This document shows positions 33,020 through 46,015 of a DNA stretch of 64,000 nucleotides, one piece after another. The notes under the pieces are model-generated. The model did no database searches, was not told the DNA's origin, and worked only from the letters and a program-made list of their open reading frames with translations. The stretch spans positions 70,494,001 to 70,558,000 of the forward strand of contig NC_092346.1 of assembly GCF_963676685.1 (NCBI RefSeq), in the 5' to 3' direction. Numbering within the stretch: position 1 is the stretch's first letter; the number at the start of each line of letters is the position of its first letter. This DNA is from Mytilus edulis (taxonomy: Eukaryota). The translations under genes were made by a program, and so were the position numbers.

Positions 33020-35850
33020 AAAAGAGGGACGAAAGATACCAAAGGGACAGTCAAACTCATAAATCTAAAACAAACTGTCAACGCCATGGCTAAAAATGAA
33101 AAAGACCAACAGAAAAACAATAGTACACATGACACAACATAGAAAACTAAAAAATAAACAACACGTACCCCACCAACAACTAGGGGTGATCTCAGGTGCT
33201 CCGGAAGGGTAAGCAGATCCTGCTCCACATGTGGCACCCGTCGTGTTGCTTAGGTAGCAATAAACAGTTAGGAAAAAATATTAAAATTTGCCCTTATAAA
33301 TTTTACCATCCCCTTTTCATTGCTTTCTTGCAATATCAAGCTTACTGTTTGTGTCATATATATGGGCATATGAATGTAATCAGAATCTTCCATAGATTTT
33401 ATATTCAGTATATAAAATGGTAAAATATAATTTCTTTTGGGTGTGTCCATGGTAACAATCTGCATTTATTTGTTATAAAATAATGAAAAAAGGGGGGAAA
33501 AGATGTCACATATTTCCCCAAAATTTGGCTAAAAGTCGAATTTCAATCGCTTGAAGTAATACCTTTTCTGAAACTGTGTACATATATCATTCAGCAAATC
33601 CAATGAAAATCATATGTCTTTCATCTCATTTTTTTGTAAAATTGCGTCAAAAACTTCGTGTAGAAAAAAAGTGTTTGTAAACATTACACTAATTTCTGGA
33701 CCAATGGCCGGTCTAGCTATGAAAATACGGATTGTCAATCAGAAAACAGCCCATAAAACATGTAAAAAATAATCTTGATGCTCTATAAACCATCTTTGAA
33801 GGCTAAATTAGCACTCAGCTGTCTAAAAATGAATTTTATTACACAATAACTTTCCTATTTGAAAAATCCACAGGGGCCATAATGCAAAACTAAACTCCTA
33901 ACTGTGTATTGCTACCTTAATAGTAAATATTTTTTTCAAATTCTCCCTTTTAACTTATTTTCTGTGTTCTGCTAGCTCAATCGAGCAAAATGGCCTTTTA
34001 TTTTTGAAAATTGGTGGAGTAATGAATATTTTATGAAGGTTAGCAGTTGACACTGAAACGCGACAAAAACTGATTTTAAAGAAAGGTGCCAAGTCAAAGT
34101 GTAAAATCTTGTCTCTACCTCAATTTTTAGCAAAATGTTAAAAACTATACCTCTTTTGTCAGTTTTTTAATGTTGAAAATCTTAATAAGATCTCTGATGA
34201 TGCAAAATAGTACAGTATTTAGCAATTTCAAGCATAAAAATGTTAATCTTTATGCTTATTGCATACCAAAGACTTGATTAAAAAACTTGGTGATAGGGAA
34301 TCAATTTCTTACTTCTGATTTAACTATACATTTATAATATGCCAAAATGTAACATGAAATCTTGATTAAAACAATAATTTGATGTATTCGCAAGAAAAAA
34401 AACCAACGCGTTCAATACTTAGGCTACTACATGCAGCCCAATCCATCAGAAGCAAGAGTTAAGCCGATAGAGTACAAATGTAAGCCTTGTGTCAAAATGC
34501 CTAATTTTGGTTGCTAAGGACTGTAAACAATAAAATTAACATGTATTGTCATTCTTAAACACTTAATTTCCTCAGAAGTTGATTTAGAATCTAAATATCA
34601 ATAGATTTGTGGCATGAAAAGTCTTAAATTATACAATTCTGAGCTTGGTAAGTATGCCATAAGGTAGCAATAAACAGTTAGGAAAAAATATTAAAATTTG
34701 CCCTTATAAATTTTACCATCCCCTTTTCATTGCTTTCTTGCAATATCAAGCTTACTGTTTGTGTCATATATATGGGCATATGAATGTAATCAGAATCTTC
34801 CATAGATTTTATATTCAGTATATAAAATGGTAAAATATAATTTCTTTTGGGTGTGTCCATGGTAACAATCTGCATTTATTTGTTATAAAATATTGAAAAA
34901 AGGGGTGAAAAGATGTCACATATTTCCCCAAAATTTGGCTAAAAGTCGAATTTCAATCGCTTGAAGTAATACCTTTTCTGAAACTGTGTACATATATCAT
35001 TCAGCAAATCCAATGAAAATCATATGTCTTTCATCTCATTTTTTTGTAAAATTGCGTCAAAAACTTCGTGTAGAAAAAAAGTGTTTGTAAACATTACACT
35101 AATTTCTGGACCAATGGCCGGTCTAGCTATGAAAATACGGATTGTCAATCAGAAAACAGCCCATAAAACATGTAAAAAATAATCTTGATGCTCTATAAAC
35201 CATCTTTGAAGGCTAAATTAGCACTCAGCTGTCTAAAAATGAATTTTATTACACAATAACTTTCCTATTTGAAAAATCCACAGGGGCCATAATGCAAAAC
35301 TAAACTCCTAACTGTGTATTGCTACCTTATGTGATTACAAATCCGGTAAATAGTCTAATTCGGTAGGTCACATTCATGAAAGGGAAGGGGATTGTAGTAA
35401 GGACGTAAGGAACATATCCGATATCATTTGTTAAACGGTTATTCCATAACGGTCAACCAACTCGTGATGGCGTCCGTAAAATTTACGAAGGGATGATTTC
35501 AACTTCACCATTTGGAACTCTTGGTTTAATAGCTTCCTTGTGAGCAGTAACCCTCTATCAATAAAATCATGATAGGAAATGCAAGCACGGGAATATCGTA
35601 TCAATTGGGAGATATATACCCCGTATGCAGGTGCTGCTGGAATGTTGCTACTTAGAAATGGAAAGTTCACAATTGGAAAGCTGAAATCATCTCTTTTGTC
35701 GTAAAGTTTTGTTTTCAACCGACCCTCATTGTCAATTTCCAGATGTAAGTCAAGATATGAAGCCGACTTAACTGTATCTGTAGTATCCTTTATCTCCAAC
35801 TCGATGGGATAGATGCGTTCCACATAGTCACCAAATTTTAAATTGTTTAG
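33020..35850 (-). mobile_element. 5'-truncated Penelope-like element (family 1) interrupted at 33253-35326
   Basis: Near-identical reverse complement of ~26172-26923; ORF 35431-35823. Confidence 0.9.
33253..35326. mobile_element. Composite insertion: MITE (33253-33916) + 746-bp spacer + same MITE (34663-35326), TTA target duplication
   Basis: Each 664-bp copy has TIRs ggtagcaata(a/c)acagttagg; outer flanks tta/tta; the host sequence rejoins exactly. A TWA TSD points to PIF/Harbinger. Confidence 0.85.
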
Positions 35851-36044
35851 ATGTCGGGAATCATTGTTTGCACAAGCTCATGAGCACTGTCAAAATTTTA
35901 ATAACTTAGATTGCAAATCATAATTTCTATGGTTAATGACCACTGAAGATAAACATATACTTAAAAAGTTAAGTATTTTTCTAATCCAGAGTTTTGAATT
36001 GAGATCCACAAATTGTGTAAATGACTAAATCTCTTTTAGTTTAT

Positions 36045-36050
<6 letters not shown>

Positions 36051-36090
<40 letters not shown>
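36051..36090. repeat. (AT)n microsatellite
   Basis: ~20 AT units. Confidence 0.95.
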
Positions 36091-36093
<3 letters not shown>

Positions 36094-36563
36094 AAATTCA
36101 AAAAATTAAATTTAAATACACATTTCTCTATCTATGTGTATGCATATTTCATCTATTAATATGTAAATGCTTATATATGCATTAATAAACTGCAGTCAAA
36201 TCTCTGAGGTGCTTATCATATTCTTGCAATTGTAAACAAAATATAATTATATACATAAATATCTAGTAATTGGTTGCTCTGTGTACGTGGGAGAAAAATA
36301 CCCTTATATCTAAGCAGTTGAGGCTGCATTTCATTTTTAAAGTTTCATTTGTTTAAAGGGGAATAATCCTTACAGAAATTGATTGTCTCCCATATTACTT
36401 TCTCTTCCATGTGCATGCAATAACTGTTCAGTGTTCTATTGTGATGTATTTCATTTTATTATTTCATTGTTATAACACAAATTGTAATCATTGTAGGAAA
36501 TCTAAAACCCACAAGGGTCCATAATTGGATTAATAAAGTATTCCTATTCTTATTCTTATTCTT

Positions 36564-37205
36564 AACTCACGTTCTGCTATATAGTGCAAAGTTTGGTGAC
36601 CATTTTTAACGCATCTTTCCTATCGAACTTTAGATAAAGAATACATCAGTAATGTCTACCTCATATCTTGATTTAAGTCTAGAAATTGACAACGAAAGTT
36701 AGTTGAGAATAAAACTGTACGACATAAGAGACTCGTTCAACTTTCCAATTGCGCGACTTTACACAACTATGTAGTAACATTCAAGTAGCGCTTTCGAAGC
36801 ACCAGAGATCACACCCAGATTTTGGTGGGATTCGTGTTGCTAAGTCTTTAGTTTTTTATGTTGGGTCTTGTGTACTATTATTTGTCTGTTCGTCTTTTCC
36901 TTTTTAGTCATGGCGTTGTCAGTTTATTTTCGAACTATGAGTTTGACTGTCCCTCTGGTATCTTTCGCCCCTCTTTTGAATATAAAGTATATATCTCGCA
37001 GGTAAACCGATATTCCACACATTTTTTGTCCTATGATGATATTTTTATAGATGGTGCTCACAATGAAGATATAAATTAATTAAAAGTTTGAAAGGTTAAG
37101 TTGAAGTCGTCCACTCGTAAAATAAACGCCATCAACAGTTGTTCATCGTGATAGAATACTGATATCTGTATCGCAGATGACGACAGATGTGTTATAATTA
37201 TCGTA
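36564..37205 (+). mobile_element. Older, diverged Penelope-like family-1 fragment with a 3'-end piece inserted at ~36795-36977
   Basis: Degenerate SYLDLSLEIDNE and KLYD codons; the insert ends with the family terminus ggtatctttcgcccctctttt. Confidence 0.65.
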
Positions 37206-37574
37206 ACAATAGTATACCGGTGTTTAAAAGTCATAAATAGATTGAGAAAAGAACAAATCCAGGTTATGAAAGTCCGGCATGTTTCTGCTGTGCTACATTT
37301 TAAAAATATCTATATCCAAACGGTAAAGCTGAATCTTTGCAACAGATTGAAAAGGTTAAGCTAGATTTTTTTCCATTTGACATTTAAGTTAGCATCGATG
37401 CAAATTTTTTCTCTATCGACGTATTTTTGTATTTTCGATAAAGCGATAAAAATATGAAGGAACTTTGATATTAAAATTGATTTATAATAAGTGCTTTGAT
37501 ACTGAATAACAATACCTATTTCCTCTTTGTCTCCATATATAAAGTCAGAACATATGCATTTCAGGAATCGTTAT

Positions 37575-38103
37575 TTATCTTACCTTCTATACATTTCTAG
37601 GAAAATGATTGGTTAAAAGCGTCCGCGTGAAGACCGTGTATATTTCATATTAGGTTGGTAGGGAGGCGGGGCTTATTTACATACACGGTTAGTAGTGGTG
37701 TTACGTCCCTTTATATTCCTTATTAGGTGAAAAGGGGCGGGGCTTATTTCATACACGGTAAGTATTGGTGTTACGTCCCTTTATAAAAACAAACCGGTAC
37801 GGAGAAAAAAAAAAGAAGGTTTCAACAGACGAAGAAATTGATGATTAAGATTGAAATAAATTCTTAAAACACATGTAAACCTTACAAGTTGTTATTGTGG
37901 CATCTGTTTTTGTAGGATCAATGTATGCTAAAATTATTAAAGACTTGCTCATTTTGAGAGATCACTAGTCTAAATTTCACACGTTAAGATAGTCAGTAAG
38001 ATAAATTCGTTACATAGTGTGCTAGTGACCTAATACGGTATATATGGGGTCAGTAAATCCCATATATTCTGTATTAGGTCACTAGCACACTATGTAACTA
38101 ATA
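37575..38103 (-). mobile_element. Inverted copy of the palindrome-headed element at 23591-24176, with a shortened hairpin
   Basis: Reverse-complement similarity along its length. Confidence 0.75.
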
Positions 38104-39368
38104 TCATGTGCTCATTAATATTCATAATTCTTAAGATGGAATTCAAAACTTCTAACCATAACGTGGATATTGAAATTTTAATTTCAATTTGCACAGAGAA
38201 AGCATATTCGAAGATTTGTTTTTGTGTCTGCAACCCAATATGCTATTATACATCGTCTTGAAATATTCAAGTCTTAAATAAAGGCAAAAGTAGTTTACCG
38301 CTAGTAGTTTTACTCCGATGGTTTTTAACAGCTTTTGGGAGAAAATGTAATAAATACTAACAAGGAGCTTAGAAACGAATAACTTAGAACGAAATTCATA
38401 ACAGTGTGGTCGACGGTAAAACGTTTGTTACTAATTGAACTGAAAAATTTACCTATAACATGTTTGTCATTGGCGTTGATTTTATGCTCACTCGGTCTAT
38501 CAGAGGCCTTCCAGTGGGGATTTAAATAATCACTTGTTACACATTTCGATACATAAAATTAAACTTTCTTTTCACAAAGCTTTAAAGGAATTTGTTTTTA
38601 ATGATTTTTATACCATCACATACAACAGTTTCATTTTTAAGTGGATAATATTTATAGCTAATATCATTAAATAATAAAAAATAAGTGTTTTCATATATTA
38701 TTATTCTTGTGATTTATTCTTTTGTTGAAGAATGAATGTTGCTCCATTTTATTTGTTGTCGTTTTTTTTTTCTGTGTCTCATTGACGTATAGGTCAACCG
38801 GACTACCCCTTTCTTCATATTAAAAACATACAATATGGTATCAATACCAATTCATGACGCAAAATGACTAAATTAAACTTATAACATAAGAAAGATAATG
38901 AACATCGCTTTATGGTCTACTTAATTTCGAAGTCACAAGGTGGTTTCTGTTAAAATGTTGTAAACTAATAAAAAAAGGGAAAAAAGGGAAATGTTTATAT
39001 TGGAAAAAGTAACGTTGTGTAAATCATGACAATTATTTTATTATGAGCAAAAGACAACCATTGAACTGCAGGAATAGGCACAATAAGAATGTGGTGCCAG
39101 GTGGGGTTAAACATTTGAAAGCGCCCAACCCTCTCCCAACCTTGGAAAGTGGCGTTTGCATATTTTTCAGAATCAATTTTATACAAAACAAAATAAAACC
39201 AACAAAAAACTATTCACAAGGAATCAATCCCCGAGAAAAAGTCTACATTAAAGAAAATATATGTTTAATTTTATATAACTACTTCTTATATCTGATCTAA
39301 TATATTCTAACTGAAAGATTGATTTAATAGTAAATGACTATGACCCAATTTCAACATTTGTATTTTAA

Positions 39369-39629
39369 GGGAACGACCATTAACTTAAAAAAAGAAGGGT
39401 ATGGATTTTTCCTTAACAAATTATCTAATCCCCAATTTGATGGGGAACAAATATTGTGGTCAAGCAAAATGATGACAAAAAATATATCTAAATTCATATT
39501 TCCCCATACCCAATAGTGTTAAATTTTGAAAGAAAAAAGAAATTGATTGGTAGTGTCGAAAAACTAAATAAATTTTCTGACTCGGAAAAAAACCACACCC
39601 CCTCCCTTGAAGTTAAAATGGTTGTTCCC
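39369..39629. mobile_element. MITE
   Basis: TIR gggaacgaccattaactt / aagttaaaatggttgttccc. Confidence 0.6.
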
Positions 39630-39963
39630 AAACTATAATATGTTTTTTTTCTAAATAGCCTTGTCAGTTACATTTGCCCTATTGTACAAGGAAACCAATA
39701 ACATAAAATGAATATATACATGTGATATGCAAACTTTTCCAACTGTTTGTATAGAATAAAATATTAAAATGTGATACATTTGATCTTTTTGATAGAAACC
39801 TCGCGATTTAAAGTATATTAGCTTAAACATGTTAAATGTTCATATATTCAGTTGTCTTGAAAAAAGATCGTGTGTCCATTAATGTTATTTCATTGAAAGC
39901 TTTGTAAACTGCGACTTTTAAATCTTGTCGTAATACAGGGCCAAATCTATCCGATTTGAGCAG

Positions 39964-40521
39964 TTTTTATACGCCCGTCAAAATTTTGACGGGACGTATT
40001 ATGGTATACAAATGCCCGGTGTCCGTCCGTCTGTCCGTCCGTCCGTCCGTCCGTCTGTCCGTCCGTCCGTCCGTCCGTCCGTCTGTCCGTCCGTCTGTCC
40101 GGCGTAAACATGTCGCACCGTAACTTGAGAACGACTTATCCAAATTTCATGAAACTTAATATAGTTGTTTCTTATGATGGTCAAATGATCTGTATACTTT
40201 TTGGTGAAAATAAGATTTAAACTTTTTGAGTTACGGCACTTTGTATCTAAAACAGGGGTGTGTTTTTTTTCACATGTCGCACCGTATCTCAAAAACGTTT
40301 CTTGATTATTGCTTAAAACTTTACACACTTCTTTGTTATATTAATCTTAAGATCTGTATACTTTTTGGTGATGAGTCAAAATTTTATTTTTGAGTTATTG
40401 AGTATTTTGTAAAAAAGGGGAGGGTTTTTTTTTACATGTCGCGCCGTATCTCAAAAACTATTTATGATTATTGCTTGAAACTGTACACACTTCTTTGTTA
40501 TACTAATTTGAAGATCTGTAT
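39964..40521 (+). mobile_element. HINE/DINE-like element (same family as 7990-8692), 3'-truncated, with a long (GTCC)n
   Basis: Same head, microsatellite at 40021-40100, tandem units; abuts the transposase. Confidence 0.8.
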
Positions 40522-41448
40522 ATTTTACTTTACGGAAACAATGTTCCGCTGGATTTAAATCTGGAGAGTATGCGGGCAAGAATAAGTATTCCATTCCTAC
40601 TGTTGGAAGCCAGTTACGTAGAACTCTTTCAGACATGTTGTGGTGTGTCGGCGCATTGTCAACAACTAAACATTCTCCTGGCTGAAAAACACTTTCACCG
40701 TCATTTGTATAACTCTGTGACGCTTCCCCTATAAACTGTAAATATTCACCACTGTCTGACGCCCCTTCAATTATTTTCACGTATTTAACACCTGTTATAC
40801 CAATAATTAAGCTAGCTGTGAAATTTGCATGAGGGTCATATCTTGTAATTTTTACGCATGGAGTTCCTTTCCTTGAATGTCCATACACTGGCTGTCCGTC
40901 CACAAGCTTAACTCCCATTTCGTCCATAAACTTTAGGATGAAGGGATCTTTATTACTGACATAATTTAAAAACTGTTGAGTGTATTGAAGGTTTCGTACC
41001 GTAAATCTATTCTTCTTGTAATGTGCAATACGCTTATACGTCATTTTAGGTCATTTGTTATTATTCTTGATACTGTACTTGTAGAGATGCTGCTAATGGC
41101 AGAATACTGCAGGAGCTGGTCTCTTAAAGTGTTCTGTTCAACGGAAGGTCTTTCTGTTTTCAAAACATTGACGAACTCTATCTCATCAATCCCATATTTC
41201 CGTGGGCGACCACCGGCACACGGTCTTCTACTTACAGATAAATCTTCATTATACTTTTTCCAGATATTATGCACAGTTTGTTTAGTAATTTTATATTTCT
41301 CGGCTACTTTCGGCGCAATTCCTTTAGGTATCGAATTTCCAACATGGACGCCACTTTCTTTAAGTTCATGAACTATCAAACCACGCAAGTCATCTCCTAG
41401 CGCTTTCCCTTCACTATACTGACGTCCCTGAATGTTATTTCGTTTCAT
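40522..41448 (-). pseudogene. IS630-Tc1-mariner transposase, DD37E, with paired-like N-terminal DNA-binding domain; 1-bp frameshift at ~41044, C-terminus lost
   Basis: NIQGRQYSEGKALGDDLRGLIV, GGRPRK, FMDEMG, VVDNAPTH-(37 aa D to E)-PAYSPDLNPAE. Confidence 0.88.
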
Positions 41449-41553
41449 GACCTTTAATAAAAATTTTACATTAACGGCAAAAAATTAGGAAGATGACTTC
41501 AAATAAAGTGGATGTTAGCGATTATAGATAACCGTACGGCCTTCCACAATGAG

Positions 41554-43100
41554 AACAAGAGTGCACACGCTGAAATCATTCGCCTTCTTTACTAACCATT
41601 GATTTTATGTTGATAGTTCTACATATAAAGCTTTATCACAAGTATCACATAAACTTAACATGGTCCAAGAAAAATGAGATCAAGGTCTACCATAAATCGA
41701 ACGAGAAATACATGCACACCTTACAATCACCTAATATGCAGTTGACCTTTGCTTATAGATTTTAAAAAACAGACTGAACCAAGAAAACTGAACATAGACT
41801 AATGAACCATGAAAATGAGGTCAAGTTCTAATAAACCATGCCAGACATACATGTACACCTTACAATCAATCTCTGCATTAAATAACGTTGACCTATTGCT
41901 TATATTATCTAAGAAACAAACTTGACCAAAAAACCAATGAAATGAGGTCAAGGTCAGATGATACCTTACAGACAGACATATACACTTTACAATCCTTCCA
42001 TACAATACATATAGTTGAACTACTGGTTATATTAAAAAAAATAGACCAAAACACAAAAACTTAACACTGAGCAATGAACCGTGAAAATGAGGTCAAGTTC
42101 AGATAACACCTGATCGTACACCTTACAATCATTCCATAAACCAAAAATAGTAGATCTATTGCTTATAGTATCTGATATTTGAACTTCACCACGAACACAT
42201 AACTTTGTTCACTGATCCATGAAATGAGGTTGAGGTAAAATGAAAACTGTCTGACGGGCATGAGGACCTTGCAAGGTACACACATACTAAATATAAAAAA
42301 TTCAAAAGGGTTCCGCAGAACCTAGTGTCTCGCCTACTTTTGCTGTTAATCGCAGGCGCAACAAAAATGAGGAAAAAAATATTCCACTCAAAATTGTCTT
42401 TAGATTGTGAGTAGCTTCTGTCCAAGTTTGGTAAAAATCCAGGATAGTTTATGAATCTAATAAATGCTTTAAAAACTTTAACTGCAGACTGTATGTAATG
42501 TTACCGGAAGAAAAACTAAGTCCATTTTTAAGTAAAATACGGATAAAACAAGTACAAAATTTTAACAAACTTTCCTTCTATATACCAGCTTTAAATCATA
42601 AACAAGCTTCTGTCCAAGTTTGGTACAAATCCACGCTTGTTTAAGAAAGTCAATTTATAAGTAAAAAGCGGCAAAAATGGATGTTTTTGTTTTACAAAAT
42701 TTAATGCTGGATACTATCTTATGATCATAAACAAGTTTCTGTCCAAGTTTGGCACAAATCCAGGCGAGTTTAAGAAAGCTATTAAAATTTTAAAAACTTT
42801 AACCACAGAGTGAATGTAATGTTTCCTGGCAGAAAAACTAAGTCCATGATTTATAAGTAAAATACGGAACAAATGGATTTTTTTTTTTTCAAAATTAACT
42901 TCTGGAAACTATGTTATGATCATAAACAAGCTTCAATCCAAATTTGGTAGAAATTCAGGCTAGTTTAAGAAAGTTATTAAAATTTCAAAAACTTCAACCA
43001 CAGAGTGAATATTTGTGGACGCCGCCAACGACGACACCGACGACGGAATGTAGGATCACTATGTCTCGCTTTTTCGACAAAAGTCGAAGGCTCGACAAAA
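41554..43100 (-). mobile_element. Two adjacent HINE-like elements with internal tandem arrays (41554-42295; 42296-43100)
   Basis: Repeated gaaaatgaggtcaagg...caccttacaatc units; repeated aagcttctgtccaagtttgg units; GAC microsatellite and palindrome ttcgacaaaagtcgaa before AAAAA. Confidence 0.65.
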
Positions 43101-43292
43101 AGAATATGTTGTGTGATTGCCAATGAGACAACTCTCCACAAGAGACCAAATGACACAGAAATTAACAACTATAGGTCACCGTACGGTCTTCAACACTGAG
43201 CAAAGCCCATACCGCATAGTCAGCTATAAAAGGCCCCGAAATGACGATGTAAAACACTTCAAACGAGAAAAATAACGGCCTAATTTATGTAA
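43101..43292. repeat. High-copy short repeat (tgccaatgagacaactctcca family); also at ~4400-4630, 9060-9245, 49190, 56430
   Basis: Shared motif seen several times in the window. Confidence 0.7.
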
Positions 43293-43866
43293 TTCATCAT
43301 TTGTTAGGATGCTCATATATTGTGAAGACAGTTTTAAAAAAGGGCAGTGTGCACTTAAAACTAATCTAACCTCGTTAAAATTTGTGATTATACTGAGTTA
43401 TTTTATCTGGACGGCGGACCGTGTTGTTCGTAGCCTTTGTTTAACCTTTTAAATATATAAATAAAATATTGTCATGTTCTAGTAATCGGATGTTGCGATT
43501 TGTGTTTGTTGAACTGTCAGATATTTTTTGAAAGTTCGGTTTAATCTTAATTTCTATCAATCATATGAAAGAAATGAATATGAAAACGTTCATACCTATA
43601 AATATAGTCAGTCTCGGCTTTAAACCGCTAATCCCTAATTTATGTTTTATGATTGACCTGTTATAAGTTAATGCATGGAACATTCTATTTTTAAGGGGTG
43701 TTAATTTTGAAGACACTGATATAACCAAATATGGTATTATGAATTTATCACTCCCCCTCCCTGCTTACAGCAAATGAAAAGGTCCAATTTTTCCCGCATC
43801 TTTTTGCCGCCACATGAATTTCACAATTGATGTTGAGGTCGACAACAAGGCTTGCAAGATTACGTT

Positions 43867-45121
43867 ATGGCGTTTTCAAAAACCATCCCAAACATTGGTG
43901 AGCTTGATCTAAAAATTTGATTTGAATATTATGGAAAAGAGCGTTGCAGTGCAATATCCATTGAATTTATGCAACTATCCGTAGGCGATATCAAGGTTTA
44001 GAGGACGTAATCCGACAAATTAAGTATATTAACCGGATGCCAGTTATAAGAGTTGAGTACAAAGATGACGAAGGGGATTTTGTGGATCTGACACCGAACA
44101 ATTTTACAAGGTTCTTGCGTGTAGTAAGAGCTCTACCTGTATTAAGTGATTTTCCAGTTGTCAATATCCGTGTCTCAGAGGGATCCTCACCATTTCTGCA
44201 GAAACAGCTGTCTTCTGATGAAACGAAACGTTACCCGACTAAAAGCAGCCGTAAGGAGCTTTCATTCGAAAAGGAGGATAGCGAAACCGCCGTTGAAACG
44301 ACTTTTGATCTTTTCGAATATAAATAACCAATTGAGTATTCCTTGGAAACATTGAAAGAAGAAATGATAGAAATCGAGACCCAAGTTGAAAGTGCAGGAG
44401 AACATCTCGAACATCTGAATAACAAGTATGCTAACCGTAATCTCAATAAAGGGAGAGGAAAGCAGTGTTCAAACTGTCACTTGCGTCTGAATCACAATAT
44501 GAGAAACTGTACAATTGATAAATGTCTAACATCGGAACAATGTAGAGACCCTTCAAAACACCCCGACGAACGTTCATTGATGGACAGCGCAACAGAAGAC
44601 TTAAAAAGGTTAGAGAAAGAACTGAGGAACAAGACAAATGAATACGATACTAGATTGAAAGGATTGAACAGTGCCAGGTCCAGCTTTGTACAAAAGATTC
44701 GTGGTGCCTTGATCAACAGCAAGAAAGACCAGTATCTAGTTAAAACTTGAAGCGGTATGTTTGTTCCTAAATCGGGGCTTGTTAATCAGGATATCGCAAA
44801 ATTGGAGAAACATTTTCACGGGAAAGTTCCTGATAATGTGTCTGAAATGTCGAAAACGTTTCAGTTCATCATTCAAAATTTTGATAAAAAAACTTTATAC
44901 TGGCGCTTCTTCTATCAAAAATCCCGCTAGAAAAACATTAGAGGAAAACAATGTGTTTCCAGTAAAGTTTCCTGTACCAAGTACATGTACCGTAACATCA
45001 GGTACATCTTCACCAGCATCTAGTGGAATAGAAACTTGGCCAGTTATCTCGCGCCCCTTCGTCCAGCAACCTATGGGACCTGTTATTCTATATCAAGATG
45101 GTTCGACGCAGTCACTTTCTG
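43867..45121 (+). pseudogene. Decayed gene: PB1-like domain + coiled coil + Cys/His zinc-finger
   Basis: ATG at 43867; LKI*FEYYGKER, then VEYKDDEGDFVDL (OPCA-like); CSNCHLRLNHNMRNC..KC....C.....H. ORFs 44037-44327 and 44343-44750 share a frame across premature stops; possible splice donor at 45122. Confidence 0.7.
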
Positions 45122-45480
45122 GTATGTATATATATATCTAATATTTCATTAACAGCTCAGTTATATATAATTATAAGAACAGCTATACCAATCACCTCCA
45201 TGGGAGTCCGTCAGAACATTTTATTGTATAACAACAAAACTATTTAGAGCTAGATTTCAGTAATAGGAGTACTCCATATATTTCTTTTGTCTTTTTTTGT
45301 TTTGAGCTATAAACCATTACCAAGATTTTGTGAGGTAGACGTAATTGGCCTTTTAAAAGACGATTGGATTGAATTTTGATGTGGGGAAAAAAAGGCAAAT
45401 CAGACATATTTTGACTACTTTATTTGGGATTAATTTCAATTATAACATAATGAGATTGAAAAATGTTTTTTTTTTTGTTA

Positions 45481-45755
45481 CAGCCGATTTCAATAAGTAT
45501 ATATGTAGCTAAAGGTAAACACTTTGGTCAGCTTGCTTAGTAGCTGAACCGTGAGTTCATTGTTAGATAGGGTATACTACCCTCCTTTCGAAGTAGCCTA
45601 GTCCTATAGAAAGATAGATTGGTTAAATATTTGTCGGACTAGTCTACTCTTACAGGAGGATAGTTTACCTAACCTTAAAATGACTTCACGGTGCAGCTAG
45701 CAAGCAAGCTAACCAAAGATATTACCTTTAGCTACATACTTATTGAAATCGGCTG
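45481..45755. mobile_element. Foldback MITE, TA TSD (Tc1/mariner type)
   Basis: TA|cagccgatttcaataagta...tacttattgaaatcggctg|TA; nearly the whole element is an inverted repeat. Confidence 0.85.
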
Positions 45756-45849
45756 TAAGATAAACAATATTTTTTTACCTGGTGTAGCCACCCGTAAAAT
45801 GTATTTCGTGTATGAAAAGGGACTACGATGTATACATACGTAATATATG

Positions 45850-46012
45850 AGGAAGGGGGGTTGGAGGGGTCCTGGCCTTAAAAACATGAAATCCCGAGGT
45901 CCCGAATTAAAAGAAATTCAAATCCCGACATCCCGAAATTCGAAAAAGAATTCCCGGATCCCGAAAGAATCAATCCCGAAAGGAACAATCCCGAAACCCC
46001 GAGCTTAAAAAC
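45850..46012. repeat. ATCCCGA-motif array
   Basis: About eight (a)tcccga motifs with A-rich linkers. Confidence 0.6.
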
Positions 46013-46015
46013 ATC

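Larger units (their letters stand above)
32925..36563 (+). mobile_element. 3' end of a LINE (C-terminal Cys/His motif, 3' UTR, (TATTCT)n tail), split by nested insertions
   Basis: ERSQRTCNICSHNDIEDEFHFLIKCPLYN before 33019 continues after 35850 as CRESLFAQAHEHCQNFNNL..*FLWLMTTEDKHILKKL; AATAAA and tail at 36532-36563. Confidence 0.7.

Noticed and set aside
33253-35326. TRIM/LTR element with 664-bp LTRs
   Set aside because: The repeats lack TG...CA ends, PBS and PPT; each has its own TIRs and a 3-bp TWA context
39999-40328. ORF with TDGR repeats
   Set aside because: Translation of the (GTCC)n microsatellite of the HINE element
41041-41448. Host Pax gene
   Set aside because: Continuous, through a 1-bp frameshift, with a DDE catalytic domain, so it is a transposase
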